64,000 bases of DNA, taken from an uncultured Bacilli bacterium. Its GTDB lineage: Bacteria; Bacillota_I; Bacilli_A; RF39; UBA660. Location of the stretch: positions 16,988 through 80,987 of the forward strand of contig CAJUKB010000004.1 of assembly GCA_910587325.1 (NCBI GenBank), read 5' to 3'. Positions 1 through 8,414 of the stretch are shown here, piece by piece. The first letter of the stretch is position 1, and each line of letters starts with the position of its first letter. The translations under genes were made by a program, and so were the position numbers. The notes under the pieces are model-generated. The model was not told the DNA's origin, did no database searches, and was given only the letters and a program-made list of their open reading frames with translations.

Positions 1-832
1 CTACATCCCCTTGTAATAAACGATTCATTTTCTTACTGCTTTTTAAATCATTTAAACAATCCTCCACTGCTGTTATTTGGTCTTCCGTTAAAGAAAAAGG
101 TAGATTCTTTATAAATGTATTCACTTTTTTTTCATCAAATGTTTTGGCAGTTCCAAGTACTTCTTTATTCTTGTTTTTTAAATAATTGATTTTTAACATA
201 AAAATAAAAAACTCTTCATAAATTAAACGTAGTTTGGCTTTCTTAACTTCTTCAATATTTTTAGGAGTATGTATGATTTTAATCGCCTCTTCTTTGCTTA
301 TAAATTGGTATTTATCTTTTAAGTATTCGGGGATAAAGTCTTCTATGTTAGAAATTTCTTCTAAAGCACTATTAATATAACTCCCAATTTGATTGTTCTT
401 AAGCCCCTTGATTGTATGATAAACTGGCTCTATTTTGGTTTCATAAAGTGATCCTAATTTGATTTCACTTGCTACAAAAGTATTTTTCTTTTTATCATAC
501 TTTCCTACTAACATAATGTTTTTGCCAACATCTAAATTTTTATAAAGGAAAGCACGATTAAAAATCGTAACATTGATAAGTAAATTGTTCGTTAGTGCTT
601 TAAAGGATAAACGATTAAAATTTCTTCTTATATAAGAAAGTCTCGGTGTAGATTCAATGGTGGCATTTATTGTTACATTTGTATTTTCTTCACAATTCTC
701 TAAATTAATTGGTTTATAAACATTGTAGCGATATGGATAAAATTCTAGTAAATCCTCAATCGTATAAATGTTTAGTTTATTCAAAAGTGTTATCGATTTT
801 GGTCCAATTCCTTTTACATCTGTTAGTTCCAT
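1..832 (-). CDS. recG: ATP-dependent DNA helicase RecG, N-terminal part. The gene starts at 832 and runs off the window start.
   Basis: Minus-strand translation from the ATG at 830-832 gives MELTDVKGIGPKSITLLNKLNIYTIEDLLEFYPYRY..., the typical RecG N-terminal/wedge region. The ORF stays open to position 1. Confidence 0.65.
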   Translation of the reverse strand, partial: MELTDVKGIGPKSITLLNKLNIYTIEDLLEFYPYRYNVYKPINLENCEENTNVTINATIESTPRLSYIRRNFNRLSFKALTNNLLINVTIFNRAFLYKNLDVGKNIMLVGKYDKKKNTFVASEIKLGSLYETKIEPVYHTIKGLKNNQIGSYINSALEEISNIEDFIPEYLKDKYQFISKEEAIKIIHTPKNIEEVKKAKLRLIYEEFFIFMLKINYLKNKNKEVLGTAKTFDEKKVNTFIKNLPFSLTEDQITAVEDCLNDLKSSKKMNRLLQGDV

Positions 833-893
833 ACATTATCACCTTATATAGTTTTATTATAGCGTATAGACAAACAAATGTATAGTTTTAAAA

Positions 894-1412
894 TTATAAG
901 ATATGCGTTTCATTAGTTTCATAAACATTTACTATATAAGAAACGAAATCTTTATACCCTACTAATATTTCTAAATAATTTTCTTCTTCCAAGCTTGAGA
1001 TTAACACTCTTCCTGAAGACGATTTCGCATGAATAAATTGATTGTCCCCTAAATAAAGAGCTACATGCCCTGGATACCAATTTTCTCTAGTCGGTTCAAA
1101 ATCGCTTAAAGATTGGGTATGAAAAAATAAGATATCTCCTATTTGTATATTAAAAATTTTTTCTTTTTTCTCTTTTATTGTTAAATTTCGAAAATTATAA
1201 AAATCACCTATAGAGCTTGTCATAACCTTTGTAGTACTACTCTTTCCATAACCATTTTGCCTAATAGAAAAATGAAATAAATCTCTATATATTGTATTTA
1301 TTAATTGCTCACAATCAAAGCAATCATATTCTTTATTAGGTACTTGCGCGATTTTATTTAAATGTTTTAAACTTTCTATTTTAATTTTTTCTCTAATTTG
1401 ATTTTCATTCAT
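894..1412 (-). CDS. NlpC/P60 (C40) family peptidoglycan peptidase
   Basis: 172 aa. Catalytic Cys context YDCFDCEQLI and His context GDILFF...GHVALYLGDNQFIHA are typical of NlpC/P60. Confidence 0.7.
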   Translation of the reverse strand: MNENQIREKIKIESLKHLNKIAQVPNKEYDCFDCEQLINTIYRDLFHFSIRQNGYGKSSTTKVMTSSIGDFYNFRNLTIKEKKEKIFNIQIGDILFFHTQSLSDFEPTRENWYPGHVALYLGDNQFIHAKSSSGRVLISSLEEENYLEILVGYKDFVSYIVNVYETNETHIL

Positions 1413-1592
1413 AAATAAGACATCCTCTTTTTTAGTATAATTTCTTATTCAAAAATACGCAATCTTTCTTTTTTCTACTTCTTACCAATAAGATTCCACT
1501 TACCTTTTCATTAAAAATTTCTTTATTTTTTACATATAGGAAACGTTTGAAAATAAAAGTGAAAAAAAGTTTAAAAAAAATGAAAAAAAGTG

Positions 1593-1621
1593 TTGACAAA
1601 ATAAGCCTTTTCGATTAGGAT
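1593..1621 (+). promoter_or_regulatory. Consensus sigma-A-like promoter (TTGACA-17-TAGGAT) pointing into the 3' end of the convergent PFOR gene
   Basis: TTGACA at 1593-1598, 17-nt spacer, TAGGAT at 1616-1621, A-rich UP-like region upstream. Downstream lie two hairpins, CACCAATTC...GAATTGGTG and GAAGCTG...CAGCTTC. Confidence 0.35.
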
Positions 1622-1749
1622 ATAAATCACCAATTCACTTGAGAAGGCGAATTGGTGCTAGTATCACACTAGTCAACCCCTTTTTATTCTTTTAGAAGCT
1701 GTCTTCAGGGGGCAGCTTCAAATTGGGAAATTAAAAAGCATTAACAAAC

Positions 1750-4700
1750 TTATTTGTTAGTGCTTTTTTCTTTGTATTCTTGGTAACGTTTTATGGCATT
1801 TTGTTTATTGATTTCTAATAGCTCGCTCGCTAATTTTTCATCTTTAATTTTTAAAGCATGGTATCTTGTTTCATTATCTAAAAAACTTTCATAAAGCTCA
1901 AAATTCGGTTCTTTAGAGTCCAAATACAATTTTTCTTCTTGTGGATGGTAACGCATTAAAAGTTGATAACCGACTTCTACTGCTAAAGCTTGCTCTTGAT
2001 TTGTACAAGATAGGCCTCCCTTTATACCATGTTCTACACATGGAGAATAAGCAATTACGATACTTGGGCCATCATGTGCTTCTGCTTCTTTTAAAGTTTT
2101 AATTGTATGAGCAAAATCTGCCCCTAGACAAATACTACCAACATAGCAATTTGGGTAACACATGGCAATTTTAAATAAATCTTTTTTGGCATTCTTTTTA
2201 CCAAAGTCAGCAAATTCTGCCACTTGTCCTACTTTAGATGATTTAGACATTTGGCCTCCGGTATTAGAGTATACCTCTGTATCAAGTACAAGTACTTTTA
2301 TTTTTTCATTGCTTGATAAAACATGGTCGATTCCTCCAAATCCAATATCATAAGCCCAACCATCCCCACCGATTGCCCAAACACTACGAGCCGGAATATA
2401 ATCTAGTAAATCTTTTAAATCATTTGGAATTGGTAAAGAGGCCAGTTCTTCTTTTAAAGTATACGTTATTTCAAAATCTTCTTTATTTTTTAGCCACAAT
2501 TCAAATTTTTCTTTTAATTCGTCCTCTACAGCAGGTAGAGATGTTTTCATAATGGATTCAATATGATTCCGTTTTTGTTTATAAGACATAAGCATTCCAA
2601 AGGAAAACTCAGCATTATCTTCAAATAAGGAATTTGCCCATGGAATCGTATACGGAGTAGAGGGAATACTTCCTCCATAAATACTAGAACACCCAGTAGC
2701 ATTCGCAATAACTAACTTTTTACCAACAAGTTGCGTAAGAAGCCTTATATAAGATGTTTCTCCACAACCGGCGCAAGCTCCTGAAAATTCAAAATAGGGA
2801 CGTACAAAACTTAAATCTTTTACTGTATCTTTTTTCTCGCTTTCTGGATTCTCATAATGGTTAAAATAGTAATCACTTATCTTTTGGTTCTCTTCCTCAT
2901 ATTCTCCAAAAGTAAGGGCTTTTTCTCCTTTTAATCCCGGGCAAATATTGATGCATAAGCCACAACTTGTACAATCAGCTTCACTAACGCTAACAAGATA
3001 GTTGTACTTTTCACTTCCAAGCATTGGTTTTCCAAACCTTTTATCTTCCGTTTTAAAAGAACGAATGACACTATGAGGGCAAACAAAGCTACAACGTCCA
3101 CATTCTATACAATTTTCGGGAATCCATTTTGCAACCTTATCCGCAATTTTACGCTTTTCTAATTTAGAAGTTCCACCAACAAACGAGCCGATGCAAACAC
3201 TTTCAAGTGCACTAACAGGAATATCGTAGCCTTCTCTTCTATTAATACATTCAAATAAGGTTTGGGGATTATTTTTAGTATAGCCATCTTCCTTTAAGGT
3301 GATTTCTATCACACTATCTATAGCACTTTCTATTGCTTTTTTATTATTTAAAATGACTTCTTCACCTTTGTTTTTAAAAAGTTCTTCAATCGTTTTACTT
3401 ACCAACTCTAATGAATTAGGAATACCTATAAGGTTTAAAATGACAACTTCCATAATTTTATTGATTTTGCCTTTGATTTTGTTTTCTAAAGCAATTTCAC
3501 TTGCATTAATGGTTAGGACTTTAATATGTTTCTTTTTAATAATCTCTTTATCTTCTTTACTAATTTTCTCTTCTAGTAAATGAGCATTTGAGGTATTAAC
3601 AAGTAAAATTCCATTTTCTTTTATCGTATTTAACATACTATATTTTTTAAAATATTCATCTTTTGTCACGACAACTAACATAGGATTCGTAACATAAAAA
3701 GGAGAATAAAATTCTTGATTCTTTATTCGTAAATTGCTAACGGTTACGCCGCCACTTTTTTTAGAATCGTATTCGAAGTAACCATCTCCAAACTTGTCAA
3801 GTTTCGAAAGAGCAAGGCTTAAAATATCTTTGCTTGCACTTACCATTCCATCGCTTCCAAAACCATAGATTAGGATTTCTTTTACATCTAAAGAAATAGA
3901 ATAGTCGTTTTTTTCTAAACTTAGATTGGTCACATCATCGGCAATACCAATTGTAAAGTTATCTTTTAGTTCGTTGTCAAGCATTTTAAATACGCTGTAA
4001 ATGTCACTTGGTGTTGTATTTTTGCTAGAAAGCCCGAATCTTCCTCCCACAATTTGAATATGTTCGTTTTTTAAAGCAGATAAAACATCCAAGTAAAGAG
4101 GTTCTCCTATACTGCCTGCTTCTTTCGTTCTATCTAAAACGGCAATTTTTTTAACGGTCTTTGGTAAAACTTTTTTTAGGTATTCCACACTAAAAGGACG
4201 ATACAAATGCACTTCTACAACCCCTATTTTAGCGCCTTTTTTGTTTTCTTCTTCTACTACTAGTTTAATGGTATCTACAACACTTCCCATGGCAATAATT
4301 ACGTTTTCGGCGTCCTCACTTCCATAGTAATTAAAAGGTTTAACTTGTGTACCACAAATTGCATTTACTTTTTCCATATACTGATTTACAATATTTGGCA
4401 TTGCGTTGTAATATTTATTTCTAGCTTCAACACTTTGAAAGTAAATATCTTCATTGGAAGCAAGTCCTTTTTCAATATTGTTGTCGACATTCAACATTTT
4501 ACGTTTGTATTCATTTATTTTGTCGTAATTGATTAACTTTAAAAATTCGGTATCTTCTATTTCTTCTACAGAATGAAGTTCATGACTTGTACGAAATCCA
4601 TCAAAGAAGTGAAGAAAAGGTAGACTTCCTTCGATACTAGAAAGATGAGCAACCGCTGCATTAGTGCGTACATCTTCTATATTTGTGCTTGCTAACATAC

Positions 4701-5106
4701 AAAAGCCAGTTCCCCTTGCTGCATAGATATCACTATGGTCTCCAAAAATAGATAAAGCGTGTGTTGCAATTGTACGACTTGCAACATGTATAACACCCGG
4801 TAAACATTCTCCTGCCATTTTATACATATTAGGAAGCATTAACAAAAGTCCTTGACTTGCAGTGAATGTTGTTGCAAGTGACCCAGTAATTAAAGCCCCA
4901 TGCATGGCACCTGATGCACCTGCTTCACTTTGCATTTCAATAAGTTCTACTTTGTTATTAAAAAGATTTCTTTTTCTAGTATGATTCAAATAATCGATAT
5001 TTGAAGCCATTGGACTTGAAGGCGTTATAGGGTAAATTGAAGCTACCTCACTAAATAGATAAGCTATATTAGAGCACATCTTATTGGCATCCATCACTTT
5101 TTTCAT
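1750..5106 (-). CDS. nifJ: Pyruvate:ferredoxin (flavodoxin) oxidoreductase (PFOR)
   Basis: 1118 aa. Two 4Fe-4S ferredoxin motifs (CIECGRCSFVCP and CTSCGLCINICP), TPP-binding GDGWAYDIGFGG, and typical PFOR domain order. Confidence 0.9.
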   Translation of the reverse strand: MKKVMDANKMCSNIAYLFSEVASIYPITPSSPMASNIDYLNHTRKRNLFNNKVELIEMQSEAGASGAMHGALITGSLATTFTASQGLLLMLPNMYKMAGECLPGVIHVASRTIATHALSIFGDHSDIYAARGTGFCMLASTNIEDVRTNAAVAHLSSIEGSLPFLHFFDGFRTSHELHSVEEIEDTEFLKLINYDKINEYKRKMLNVDNNIEKGLASNEDIYFQSVEARNKYYNAMPNIVNQYMEKVNAICGTQVKPFNYYGSEDAENVIIAMGSVVDTIKLVVEEENKKGAKIGVVEVHLYRPFSVEYLKKVLPKTVKKIAVLDRTKEAGSIGEPLYLDVLSALKNEHIQIVGGRFGLSSKNTTPSDIYSVFKMLDNELKDNFTIGIADDVTNLSLEKNDYSISLDVKEILIYGFGSDGMVSASKDILSLALSKLDKFGDGYFEYDSKKSGGVTVSNLRIKNQEFYSPFYVTNPMLVVVTKDEYFKKYSMLNTIKENGILLVNTSNAHLLEEKISKEDKEIIKKKHIKVLTINASEIALENKIKGKINKIMEVVILNLIGIPNSLELVSKTIEELFKNKGEEVILNNKKAIESAIDSVIEITLKEDGYTKNNPQTLFECINRREGYDIPVSALESVCIGSFVGGTSKLEKRKIADKVAKWIPENCIECGRCSFVCPHSVIRSFKTEDKRFGKPMLGSEKYNYLVSVSEADCTSCGLCINICPGLKGEKALTFGEYEEENQKISDYYFNHYENPESEKKDTVKDLSFVRPYFEFSGACAGCGETSYIRLLTQLVGKKLVIANATGCSSIYGGSIPSTPYTIPWANSLFEDNAEFSFGMLMSYKQKRNHIESIMKTSLPAVEDELKEKFELWLKNKEDFEITYTLKEELASLPIPNDLKDLLDYIPARSVWAIGGDGWAYDIGFGGIDHVLSSNEKIKVLVLDTEVYSNTGGQMSKSSKVGQVAEFADFGKKNAKKDLFKIAMCYPNCYVGSICLGADFAHTIKTLKEAEAHDGPSIVIAYSPCVEHGIKGGLSCTNQEQALAVEVGYQLLMRYHPQEEKLYLDSKEPNFELYESFLDNETRYHALKIKDEKLASELLEINKQNAIKRYQEYKEKSTNK

Positions 5107-5213
5107 TAAAACACTTCCTTTATTTTTTTATATTATATCACGATTTTTATAAATATACGTTGTTTTCATTTCTTTTGTACGCTATAATTTTCTTAAGAAG
5201 AAGGAAAACAAAT

Positions 5214-5562
5214 ATGAACGAAGAAATGCAAAAGTTATATGAAAACATGTGCTCTGTAGCTAGAAGTACAAATGACAAATTAGATTATTTAAAATGGATT
5301 TTAAATGGATAATGGCATTAAAATAGGAATGGATTACTTCTCCTTCTAGTTTAGAGTACCAAATCATCGAAACGCCCTATGGAAAACAAGAAATAAGCAA
5401 AGAAGAATTAAAAACATTGTTTTCTATTGTAAACTCTATTCACGAAGATGTGGAACAATTAACTAAGAAAACCAATCAAATTCAATTTGACAACGGTTTA
5501 TCTTCTTCCCTTCGTTCAAGTTTTTCATCTATACAAGAAGAACCGAATTTTTTAGCTAAATA
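5214..5562 (+). pseudogene. Small hypothetical gene (~110 aa if contiguous) disrupted by a 35-nt repeat-flanked insertion or frameshift
   Basis: ORF1 5214-5312 (MNEEMQKLYENMCSVARSTNDKLDYLKWILNG*) continues in the +2 frame (WITSPSSLEYQIIETPYGKQ...FLAK*) after a 35-nt segment at 5301-5335 flanked by 8-bp direct repeats AATGGATT. Promoter-like and RBS (AAGGAA) elements lie upstream. Confidence 0.3.
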
Positions 5563-5657
5563 ATTTGTAAGTCTAATTGTGTAAACTAGTGTCAAGAAAT
5601 GTTGTATAACTTTCTTTTTTTCCTTTATAATAAAATTAGGAAATAGAGGAGGAAAAT

Positions 5658-6017
5658 ATGTTAAAAGAGATATTAAATAATAAATTAGATAACTTATCAG
5701 CAGATTTAATTGAAGTTCAAAAAGATTTAGATGTTTGTTATAGGGGTTTTAAAAATATTAACTCAGATGATGAACGACATGAAATGATACAATTTTTATT
5801 AACAGTTCAAAATAATATGCTAAAAAATAGAGAAGAAATAGATAAAACTCTAAAACAACTTAAATTAGTGATAGAAGTTGAACAAGTTGAAAATGCTAAT
5901 GATTATGTAAAAGCTCTTTCAGAGGAAGATGTGCAATTATTAAGAGAAGCTTTTTATACCCCTTCACATCAAAATGATACACAATCGGAGGTTTTTGATA
6001 GTTCAATAACAAGATAA
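5658..6017 (+). CDS. Hypothetical coiled-coil protein
   Basis: 119 aa with strong RBS GGAGGAAAATATG. I recognise no conserved motif. Confidence 0.45.
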   Translation: MLKEILNNKLDNLSADLIEVQKDLDVCYRGFKNINSDDERHEMIQFLLTVQNNMLKNREEIDKTLKQLKLVIEVEQVENANDYVKALSEEDVQLLREAFYTPSHQNDTQSEVFDSSITR

Positions 6018-6035
6018 AAGTTATATTTAAGCATG

Positions 6036-6076
6036 AAAAAAGTATGTTCTTTTTATTTAGAAATCATACTTTTTTT
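6036..6076. terminator. Hairpin (11-bp stem AAAAAAGTATG/CATACTTTTTT) between convergent genes, putative bidirectional terminator
   Basis: Inverted repeat followed by a T-run, located between the stop of 5658-6017 (+) and the stop of 6075-7358 (-). Confidence 0.45.
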
Positions 6077-7358
6077 ATATATTCTTTTTCTTACTTACGA
6101 ATAAATAACCAATTCCTACAAGAGAGACAACAGCAAGTCCACTATGTAAGAAAACATTTAAGGTACCCGTTTGAGCATTATTGGTATTTTCTACTAAGAC
6201 ATATTCACTGCAATGTTCTAAAGCAAATTCTACAAAACCATTTTTTACTTCTAAGTTTTTAGCTGCTTCTTCTAACTTACCATTTTCATTATAATAATAT
6301 AATGTTAATTTTTTGCCGTTTTTAAATTGTTCTTCCACATTTACTTTTACTTTTGTTCCAGTTGGTAAAATTCCATGATAAGCAAATTCTAATACTACTG
6401 ATTTGCGATTTTTAGAAATTAAATTTTCAATTTTCTCTTTGTTAGTACTTTTACCAACATTTATATTTAAGTTTATGTTTAAATCGGTATTTTCTATTTT
6501 GCTACCATCAAAAGTCCAAGTATATAAAAGCTTATTTTCATCATTGTATGTAGAAATATTGGCTATATAACCACTTTGTTTAAACGCTTCTAAAGTATCT
6601 TTTGTTACTCCTGTTTCTCCTATGTATAATTCTACTTCATTGTTCTCAAAAACCGGTTTTACTTCTTCTAGCATTTCTTCAAGTGTTTTTTTATCCCAAT
6701 CCTTTATTGTAATAGTTTTAAAAATTTCAACTTCTTTAAAATTGATATTACGAAAACTCATAGAGAAGCCTTCTTCGTCTCCTCCGCCACCATAAGCTTG
6801 CCAATCAGGATATTTTTGAGGAATGACTTTATCAATTAATTCGTTAAGAACATCATGACCCTTTTCAATGCTTTCTACTTTGTTTTCTTTTGTATTATAA
6901 ATGATTGTTTCATAGTCATAATTCTTATCTTGTAAAAAGATTTCTACTAAAATGTCTGTAGTTGTAAAACTTTCATTTTGCATTTCATAAAATTGAGCAA
7001 TTGTCATACCAGAGGTTAACGCTGTATTTTCATCTACAATTGTTCCTTCTTCTTTATTTGCACTACATGTTGTGGAAGTAACAATTTTTAAACCATCTGT
7101 TTCACATTTGCCATCTGAACAACTTCCACCAAATTGTTCATTATTTACATTTCTAATTAGAAGATTAATTCTCTCTGTTTGATTATTTAAAGTCATATTT
7201 TTAAGTAATTTAAATTTAACTCCTAATTTATTATCTTCTTTCTTTACACATAAATTGTTTAAATCAATAAAGTTAGAAGTCTGTTCTTCTGCTTGGACAT
7301 TTGCAGAAATACTTAAAGTAAATAATGCAAGTAATATTCCTATTATTTTCTTTTTCAT
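6075..7358 (-). CDS. Sortase-anchored surface protein with C-terminal NAQTG sorting signal (paralog of 8415-9926)
   Basis: 427 aa. Signal peptide MKKKIIGILLALFTLSISANVQA. C-terminus is NAQTGTLNV followed by a hydrophobic stretch and a KKKNI tail. The C-terminal region is homologous to that of 8415-9926. Confidence 0.7.
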   Translation of the reverse strand: MKKKIIGILLALFTLSISANVQAEEQTSNFIDLNNLCVKKEDNKLGVKFKLLKNMTLNNQTERINLLIRNVNNEQFGGSCSDGKCETDGLKIVTSTTCSANKEEGTIVDENTALTSGMTIAQFYEMQNESFTTTDILVEIFLQDKNYDYETIIYNTKENKVESIEKGHDVLNELIDKVIPQKYPDWQAYGGGGDEEGFSMSFRNINFKEVEIFKTITIKDWDKKTLEEMLEEVKPVFENNEVELYIGETGVTKDTLEAFKQSGYIANISTYNDENKLLYTWTFDGSKIENTDLNINLNINVGKSTNKEKIENLISKNRKSVVLEFAYHGILPTGTKVKVNVEEQFKNGKKLTLYYYNENGKLEEAAKNLEVKNGFVEFALEHCSEYVLVENTNNAQTGTLNVFLHSGLAVVSLVGIGYLFVSKKKNI

Positions 7359-7386
7359 TTTTTCTTTCCTTTCCTATGATAAGCTC

Positions 7387-7415
7387 ATTATACCCCCACC
7401 CGAAGGCTTTGTCAA
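7387..7415 (-). promoter_or_regulatory. Consensus promoter TTGACA-N17-TATAAT with an interrupted G-tract (GGGGGTGGG) in the spacer
   Basis: Minus strand: -35 TTGACA at 7410-7415, -10 TATAAT at 7387-7392, RBS AGGAAAGGAAAG before the ATG at 7358. Paralogous to the G10 promoter at 9970-10000. Confidence 0.5.
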
Positions 7416-7433
7416 GGTTTTTCGAGTATAAAA

Positions 7434-8309
7434 TTAATCTATTCGTTTGGCATGAATTACCCGTCTTTTGGTCGTTCCTCTTGCACCAGCGCAAGTAGAA
7501 AGCGTAAGGATTTTATCATTCGTATTCACAGTTACATCTCTAAAGCCAAAACTTCTATTTTTTATGGTCGTTATAAATTCTTGAAAGGCATTTTTATTTT
7601 CAAAAGAAGTTGTAATATAGTATTCTTCCATTTCAATTGTATAATAACTAAAGATTTGGTATTTATGTAACGTATGTTCCAAATCAAATAAATAAATCAT
7701 ATCGGCATTTTCTTCTTCAAAGTAATTTTTTTTAAAGATATCACTTAAAGAACCAAACATTGTATTATTAGGAGTGTGATGACCAAATAAAACCACATTG
7801 TCATCTTCTAAAGAAGTATTTCGATAATCCATAAAGATACTTCCAATTGAATTTTCTTTTTTCTTAAAAGAATGATTTAGATAGTAAGTATTATCACTTG
7901 CTTGGACGATGGGATTATTAACGTATTTATGGTTTAATACTAACCATCCGACAATATCATTATTCGTTTGTTTTAATTTAGAAAAATCAATTTTCATTTC
8001 TTCCACGTTTTCTTTTTCCTCAATTCCTTCATAAACTTCTGGTGGTTCGATAAATTCATCTAAAAGTTCTTCGATTTCATTTTGATTTTCTTTTAACTCT
8101 TTTTTAAACGTAATTAATTGATACATAGAAAAAAGGAAAACACTAATAAAAAACAAAAGTAAAAGCAAACGAATTATTTTTTTATATTTCAATTTTAATT
8201 TTCTTTTTGATTTTTTTCCTTTCTTTTTTGATTTTATTTTTTGCTTATTTTTTGAAGTTTTTAAATTAGCATGAGCAATATCATTGTTTTTCTTTTTGTT
8301 TTTATTCAT
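7434..8309 (-). CDS. srtB: Class B sortase
   Basis: 291 aa. Lys-rich N-terminus plus TM. Motifs DIVGWL, LFGHH and catalytic LTLSTC, typical of SrtB-type sortases. Flanked by two proteins carrying an N-A-Q-T-G signal. Confidence 0.75.
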   Translation of the reverse strand: MNKNKKKNNDIAHANLKTSKNKQKIKSKKKGKKSKRKLKLKYKKIIRLLLLLFFISVFLFSMYQLITFKKELKENQNEIEELLDEFIEPPEVYEGIEEKENVEEMKIDFSKLKQTNNDIVGWLVLNHKYVNNPIVQASDNTYYLNHSFKKKENSIGSIFMDYRNTSLEDDNVVLFGHHTPNNTMFGSLSDIFKKNYFEEENADMIYLFDLEHTLHKYQIFSYYTIEMEEYYITTSFENKNAFQEFITTIKNRSFGFRDVTVNTNDKILTLSTCAGARGTTKRRVIHAKRID

Positions 8310-8336
8310 GTATTATCCTTCCATTCTTTATAAACC

Positions 8337-8366
8337 ATCTTACGATTAAAGCAAAAAGATTGTCAA
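8337..8366 (-). promoter_or_regulatory. Putative sortase promoter (TTGACA-18-TAAGAT)
   Basis: Minus strand: -35 TTGACA at 8361-8366, -10 TAAGAT at 8337-8342. An AT-rich hairpin GTTTTAAAA/TTTTAAAAC lies just upstream and may be a terminator for the preceding gene. Confidence 0.35.
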
Positions 8367-8414
8367 TAAAAAAGTTTTAAAACCAAATATTTCAATTTTA
8401 AAACTCTTTTTGTT

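Noticed and set aside
1-3. Apparent stop codon (reverse complement of CTA) at the window start, suggesting recG ends inside the window
   Set aside because: It is in a different frame from the RecG reading frame. The RecG ORF remains open to position 1.
2162-4536. Short plus-strand ORFs (2162-2353, 2313-2552, 3299-3583, 4345-4536) inside the PFOR gene
   Set aside because: They lie antisense within a well-supported 1118-aa CDS, give low-complexity hydrophobic translations and have no RBS. They are spurious.
7273-7494. 73-aa minus-strand ORF overlapping the surface-protein start and the sortase 3' end
   Set aside because: It overlaps two well-supported genes and the promoter I called. No independent support.
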